Assembly (NCBI GenBank): GCA_019429125.1
Contig: JAHYJO010000001.1
Coordinates: forward strand, 64,001 to 128,000
Origin: Nanobdellati archaeon
GTDB taxonomy: Archaea > EX4484-52 > GLR71
Length of the DNA stretch: 64,000 bases
Direction: 5' to 3'
Shown piece after piece: positions 59,238 through 64,000 of this stretch. Both the position numbers and the translations under genes were made by a program. How positions within the stretch are numbered: the stretch's first letter is position 1; each line of letters starts with the position of its first letter. The notes under the pieces are model-generated. The model did not search any database. It was not told the origin of the DNA and saw nothing but the letters and a program-made list of their open reading frames with translations.

Positions 59238-60140
59238 ATGCAAAACTCGGTAATTGAATACATAAAAAAAGGATTAATTGGAAGGGATTTTGAGCTTATT
59301 CAGTTCGAGCGCTATTGTTTTGATATCGCGGCTAAAAAGAAAGATGCATTTATCCTTATAAAAATTCTTTCAAATGTGGATAGTTTTTCGAGTGCGCAGG
59401 CAGATGACCTTAAAAATATGGGTTCGGCAATAGGGGCTTCACCTGTAATCTGTGGTATTCGTGGTCGTAATTTTAAGATTTCTGAGAATTATGTATATGA
59501 ACGTTTCGGTATATATGTAGTACATCCTGAAACATTTTTGAATTCTTTAGATCTTGTTCTTCCTTTTATATTATCTCGGAAAGGAAAAAATACAGTTTCA
59601 ATTGATACTGAGCGCCTTCATGACATAAGGATCCATCTTGATCTATCTTTTCAGAAGATGTCTGGTACAATTGGCGTATCTAAAAAGACACTTTATCTTG
59701 CTGAGAAAACTGGGCGTACCAGTGATTATGTTGTAGAAGCTATTGAGGAATTGATTAATGAAGTGATACGGCGCCCCGTGGATATATTTTCATCAGAGAT
59801 GCATTTTAGGCAGCGCGAAAAGACTATGTTGGAAAAGAAACTTACACAGATGACTTCTAAGTTTGGTTATTCTGATTTTGTGTTTCATACTGCACCCGTA
59901 AAAATAGTACTTAAAGCTGATGATGATTCGTGCATGTGTGATGCAGAGTCTAAATTTATTAATGAACAGAAGATGTCAGATCTTAAGAAATTGAGTGAAT
60001 TTTGTGATTTTTTACCGGTTGTTATTGTTGAGAACACATCCTCTGAATCATCTTGCGGGATTGCATTCGTTGATATCAAAGAGATTCGGAAGATTCATTC
60101 TAAGAAAGAATTGATTGAACTTATATATGGTAGGATTTGA
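59238..60140 (+). CDS. archaeal HTH transcriptional regulator (COG1395/MJ1164-like)
   Basis: CFDIAA, IKILSNVD, VYERFG, central HTH GVSKKTLYLAE. Confidence 0.85.
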   Translation: MQNSVIEYIKKGLIGRDFELIQFERYCFDIAAKKKDAFILIKILSNVDSFSSAQADDLKNMGSAIGASPVICGIRGRNFKISENYVYERFGIYVVHPETFLNSLDLVLPFILSRKGKNTVSIDTERLHDIRIHLDLSFQKMSGTIGVSKKTLYLAEKTGRTSDYVVEAIEELINEVIRRPVDIFSSEMHFRQREKTMLEKKLTQMTSKFGYSDFVFHTAPVKIVLKADDDSCMCDAESKFINEQKMSDLKKLSEFCDFLPVVIVENTSSESSCGIAFVDIKEIRKIHSKKELIELIYGRI

Positions 60141-60245
60141 ATATTTAAGGGATGTTTGTTTAGTATTTAGTGTGTTCAGGTGAAATCTAATTTGTAAGAT
60201 TTATGATGAATATTTTTTTATATTTTTGATGGATAATATATAGTT

Positions 60246-60430
60246 ATGTTAGAAAATGCGGAACGCTTTTTTAAGGTCTATTCAGGTATTCCAATTGACG
60301 AAAGAAGTAAGCCTATAGTAATTATTGATGAGGAACTATAAACTGGAAGTTAATTCATGAAGAGATAAGTAATGAAACTGAAAGGGTAAAGGCAATTTTG
60401 AAAATGTTAATTGAGTTGGAAATAATATGA
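60246..60430 (+). pseudogene. small hypothetical gene, frameshifted
   Basis: MLENAERFFKVYSGIPIDER...IDEE / INWKLIHEEISNET...LIELEII* requires a 1-nt frameshift. Confidence 0.6.
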
Positions 60431-60640
60431 GTAACGAAAAAGAGATTTTAATAAAAAGGATAGTAATAGAACGTATTAAAACTATGGCTCCAAATGTTAA
60501 GATTGTATTAGGGGTCTAATGGTGGATTTTTAGATAGGAATGGGTTACTTTTAGAAATTAATAATAATACTGATATAAGAAATAAAATTATTGAAATTCA
60601 ATTAAAATATATGCGTGCGTTGAAGGAAGTTTTAGTATAA
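60427..60640 (+). pseudogene. small hypothetical gene, frameshifted at a G4 run
   Basis: ATGA overlap; MSNEKEILIKRIVIERIK...LG / SNGGFLDRN...IEIQLKYMRALKE*. Confidence 0.6.
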
Positions 60641-60642
60641 AT

Positions 60643-61282
60643 ATGAAAACTATATTTTTTGTTAGACCTTGTCATGATTCTGTTACTTCTTATTTGCATT
60701 ATTATAGTAAACAATTGTTAAACGAATCAGAGGATAGAGGTTTAAAAACAATAAATAAAGACAAAGAGGATGCAAATAGGGAGGTAGTAAAGAAGGTTAT
60801 TAATAAAATAAATCCTGATTTTATTATGTTTAATGGGTATGGTAATCCTACAATGATTTGTGAACATAATAATGACGTGATTATTGAAAAGGATGATAAT
60901 CATGATTTATTTAAAGACAGGATAATTTATTCTTTATCGTGTAGTTCTGCATTAGAATTAGATAAAACTGTGGGGGGGTAGCAGTACTACTTTTATTGGT
61001 TATGTTGATGATTTTGCATTGAGGACGGATAATAATTGTCAAGCTACAATTCATAGAGATAATAGGGCAAATTTATTCCTTGAACCTTCAAATTTATTGG
61101 TTGAATCTATTTTAAAAGGAAATTCTGCAAAAGAAGCAGTTCTAAAGGCAAAAACGTTGATGAGAAGAAATATTTCAATATTGAAAACAGATCAGTTTCC
61201 CGATGTAAAGGATTATCTCCCTTATCTTTTTAATAATTATTTGATTTTGGATATTATAGGTAATGAATCTGCACGTTTGTGA
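60643..61282 (+). pseudogene. caspase/gingipain-fold-like protein gene split by a frameshift in a G7 run
   Basis: RPCHD..TSYL, FNGYG, YSLSC; removing one G at 60972-78 joins ...VGGSSTTFIGYVDDF to the 61019 ORF. Confidence 0.6.
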
Positions 61283-61290
61283 GTTTCCCT

Positions 61291-62235
61291 TCATTCTAAA
61301 ACCTTAATACTATCAACTTTACCATCACCATCAATGTCAAGACCTTCAACTACACAGGCCCAGTTGTCTTCGCCGTTGTATTTTTCAAGGATTGTTTCTG
61401 TGAATCTTGTGAGCGCTAATACGGCAGCTTTTGTTCCGTTTGCTCTGTTTCCTGCAAAGATTAGTATACTTTTGGTTGTGTTTATTGGGTTTACTATTTT
61501 TGCGATGACCCCTATGTTGTCTTCATTATAAGTTTTTCCAGTCTTTTTGGATATTATGCCTCTGAATGGAAACGTGTCTATTTTGAATTTGACTTGTAGG
61601 TAATTGTTTACATCACTTGTTATTAGATTTGTGAGCGGACCGCCTACGATTATCAGATTGGTGTCTATTGTGTCTTTGGATTTTATGTCAATGTCAAGCG
61701 CTGTTGTGAACTTTTCAGGCATAGATACAATCTGTCCTAGAAATAATGCTACGTCTATTGCGTAATGACCGTCTCTTGCGCGCACTTGATGGGGTCCGTG
61801 AGGGTCGGGTGAGCCTACAACTATATGGGCGTTTAATTGTCCGTTGTTTATGAAGGGATAAAGGAATGATTTTTGCTTTTCAGATTCATTTCTCATCGGA
61901 AAATCTGCAAGTTTCATGTCGCCGGATGGCAGTTCAAGTGCAAATGCGTTGTTTGTTACTGTATAATATTTCGCGAGAGTACCACCTTGTTCTTTTTTGC
62001 TTTTTACTTCAATGAGACCGTTTGCTTCAAGCTGTTTTATGTGGTAGTAAACTTTTTGCTCGTGAATATGAAGATATTTTGCGATGTCTGCAGGGTATCT
62101 CGGTCGCTCTGCAAGAAGTTTTAGGATTTCCCATCGCGTATTGTTTAGAAGACCTTTTAGTTTTTCAGGTTCATCTACAAGAATTGCATCTTTTGAGAAG
62201 AATTTGCCGTTAATCTCTTTTATTATCTGTGCCAT
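61291..62235 (-). CDS. ArsR-like HTH fused to an S-layer_C-like domain
   Basis: RWEILKLL...EQKVYYHIKQL HTH; IVVGSPDPHG, LIIVGGPLTN, AG....GTKAA. Confidence 0.8.
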   Translation of the reverse strand: MAQIIKEINGKFFSKDAILVDEPEKLKGLLNNTRWEILKLLAERPRYPADIAKYLHIHEQKVYYHIKQLEANGLIEVKSKKEQGGTLAKYYTVTNNAFALELPSGDMKLADFPMRNESEKQKSFLYPFINNGQLNAHIVVGSPDPHGPHQVRARDGHYAIDVALFLGQIVSMPEKFTTALDIDIKSKDTIDTNLIIVGGPLTNLITSDVNNYLQVKFKIDTFPFRGIISKKTGKTYNEDNIGVIAKIVNPINTTKSILIFAGNRANGTKAAVLALTRFTETILEKYNGEDNWACVVEGLDIDGDGKVDSIKVLE

Positions 62236-62545
62236 ATTAATCTAATCCTATTTTATTATTTATTTTGTGTATTTTTTTAATATTTTTGTGTATTTTTTTC
62301 TGTGTTATAATTTATGTGAATATACGTGATTTTATGTAAATATTAGTTATGATTTGTTTTTTAGTATTATTATAAGTTTGATTATAATAGTCTTCATTAT
62401 TTGTATATTTGTCGTCTTTTTCTTTATAAATGTTTGGTTTAGTATATAAACCCCATTATAAAACCAGTTGTAATACCCTTAATCACTTTTGAAAAACCTT
62501 TTTATAGCTCGTTTTATTATTATATTTTGTTATTTGGTAAATTAT

Positions 62546-64000
62546 ATGTGTGGGATAGTCGGCTATAAAGGAAAAAGAGAGGCTTACAAGATTATACTTG
62601 ACAGCCTTAAGACTCTTGAATATAGAGGTTATGATTCTTGGGGTGTTGCTGTTATCGGTAATCCTTCAATTTCTGTTGTGAAAGAAGTAGGCATGATAAG
62701 TGATGCTGATTCTTTGATAAATAATACTAAAATTACTAAGGGTACAACGGGTGTTGGGCATACTCGATGGGCGACACATGGTAATGTTACAGAAGCTAAT
62801 TCTCATCCGCACTTGTCAACTGATGGCAAGATTGCTGTGGTTCATAATGGTATAATTGAAAATTATCAGTCTCTTAGGGGCGAACTTAAGAAAAAAGGAT
62901 ATGTGTTCAAGTCTGATACAGATAGTGAGGTAATCCCATATCTTATTGAAGATTTTTTGAAAAGTGAAACCGGTATTTCTTTTGAGGATGCTTTCCGTAA
63001 GACATTATATCTTCTTGAAGGTACATATGCAATTGTTGCGATAGATAAAGATTCAGAGACTATGTTGTGTGTACGTAAAGATTCACCTATTGTTATAGGT
63101 GTGGGTGATGGTGAATATTTTATCGCGAGCGATGCTCCTGCATTTATTGAACATACAAAAAATGTTATATTTTTAGAAAATGATGAGCTTGTAGCATTTA
63201 ATGGTGATATGAAAATTATAGATCTAGTTACTGGTAAAAAATTATCTAAAAAACCACAAGTCATTGATTGGGATGTTGAGCAGGCAAAGAAAGGTGAATT
63301 CAAACATTACATGCTTAAAGAGATTTCAGAACAGAAAGAGACAATAAATAAGGCGATACATCAGGATAATAAAGTAATTCAAGATATAGCCGATGCAATA
63401 AATGAGTCTTACGGTACATTTTTTATAGCTTCAGGATCGTCTTACCATGCTGCGCTTTCAGCATCATATACATTTTCTAGGATTGCAAAAAAACATATCA
63501 ATGTTGTTGATGCATCTGAATTTCCTAATTATGAGCATTTCTTGACTCCGCAGACGCTAATGATTACTGTGTCACAATCAGGTGAGACAGCAGATGTACT
63601 TGATGCGGTCAAGGTTGCCAAAAAGAAAGGGGTCAAGATAATCTCCATTGTCAATGTCATGGGTTCTTCTCTTATGAGAAATTCTAATTATTCGCTTCTT
63701 ATGAATGTAGGTCCAGAAATCTGTGTCCTTTCAACTAAAAGTTATACGTCGCAACTGTCAATCCTTACACTTTTAGCTTATGCATCTGTTGGTAAGCTTG
63801 ATGAAGGTAAAGCACTCTTGAAATGTGTTGCCAATCATGTGGGTGAACTTACAGACCCTAAAGTGCTCCTTGATACTGTTGAGGTTGCTTCATATCTTAA
63901 AGATAAGGAACATCTGTATGTGATTGGTCGTGGGCAGAGCTATCCGACTGCACTTGAGGCAGCACTTAAAATTAAAGAGGTGTCATACATCCATGCAGAA
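62546..64000 (+). CDS. glmS: glutamine--fructose-6-phosphate transaminase (partial, runs off window end)
   Basis: Not in ORF track. MCGIVG, LEYRGYDS, GHTRWATHG, HNGIIEN, SQSGETAD, ALEAALKIKE. Confidence 0.96.
   Translation, partial: MCGIVGYKGKREAYKIILDSLKTLEYRGYDSWGVAVIGNPSISVVKEVGMISDADSLINNTKITKGTTGVGHTRWATHGNVTEANSHPHLSTDGKIAVVHNGIIENYQSLRGELKKKGYVFKSDTDSEVIPYLIEDFLKSETGISFEDAFRKTLYLLEGTYAIVAIDKDSETMLCVRKDSPIVIGVGDGEYFIASDAPAFIEHTKNVIFLENDELVAFNGDMKIIDLVTGKKLSKKPQVIDWDVEQAKKGEFKHYMLKEISEQKETINKAIHQDNKVIQDIADAINESYGTFFIASGSSYHAALSASYTFSRIAKKHINVVDASEFPNYEHFLTPQTLMITVSQSGETADVLDAVKVAKKKGVKIISIVNVMGSSLMRNSNYSLLMNVGPEICVLSTKSYTSQLSILTLLAYASVGKLDEGKALLKCVANHVGELTDPKVLLDTVEVASYLKDKEHLYVIGRGQSYPTALEAALKIKEVSYIHAE

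Noticed and set aside
26548-60153. Recurring TTTAGGGA at accessory-region edges
   Set aside because: Also occurs inside coding regions and is expected several times by chance in G/T-skewed DNA

Overview
AT-rich archaeal chromosome segment, most likely from a DPANN lineage. That placement is inferred from the gene content: archaeal S-layer, pelota, Hel308, Pth2, DHS, many lineage-type surface proteins, MNT-HEPN pairs and tRNA-Ile(UAU). The core genes are partial atpI, a ZIP transporter, a ferredoxin, a class III RNR locus (nrdD-trx-nrdG), pelA, the S-layer gene, truD, pth2, rqcH, dys, hel308 and partial glmS, plus 4 tRNAs (2 with introns). They are interleaved with large surface-protein clusters and small accessory or decaying cassettes. 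Most notable: (1) NrdD stops exactly where its glycyl-radical loop should be, while its activase is intact; (2) a family of ~58-bp sites delimits accessory cassettes (toxin-antitoxin pair, AlbA/HTH fragments) downstream of the S-layer gene; (3) an intron-containing tRNA-Ile(UAU) and a tRNA-Leu with a D-loop intron; (4) a 168-bp MITE in two copies, one with an 8-bp TSD and one truncating a gene; (5) several unexplained operator/repeat arrays and a multi-hairpin element. All calls come from reading the sequence by eye; no database searches were run.
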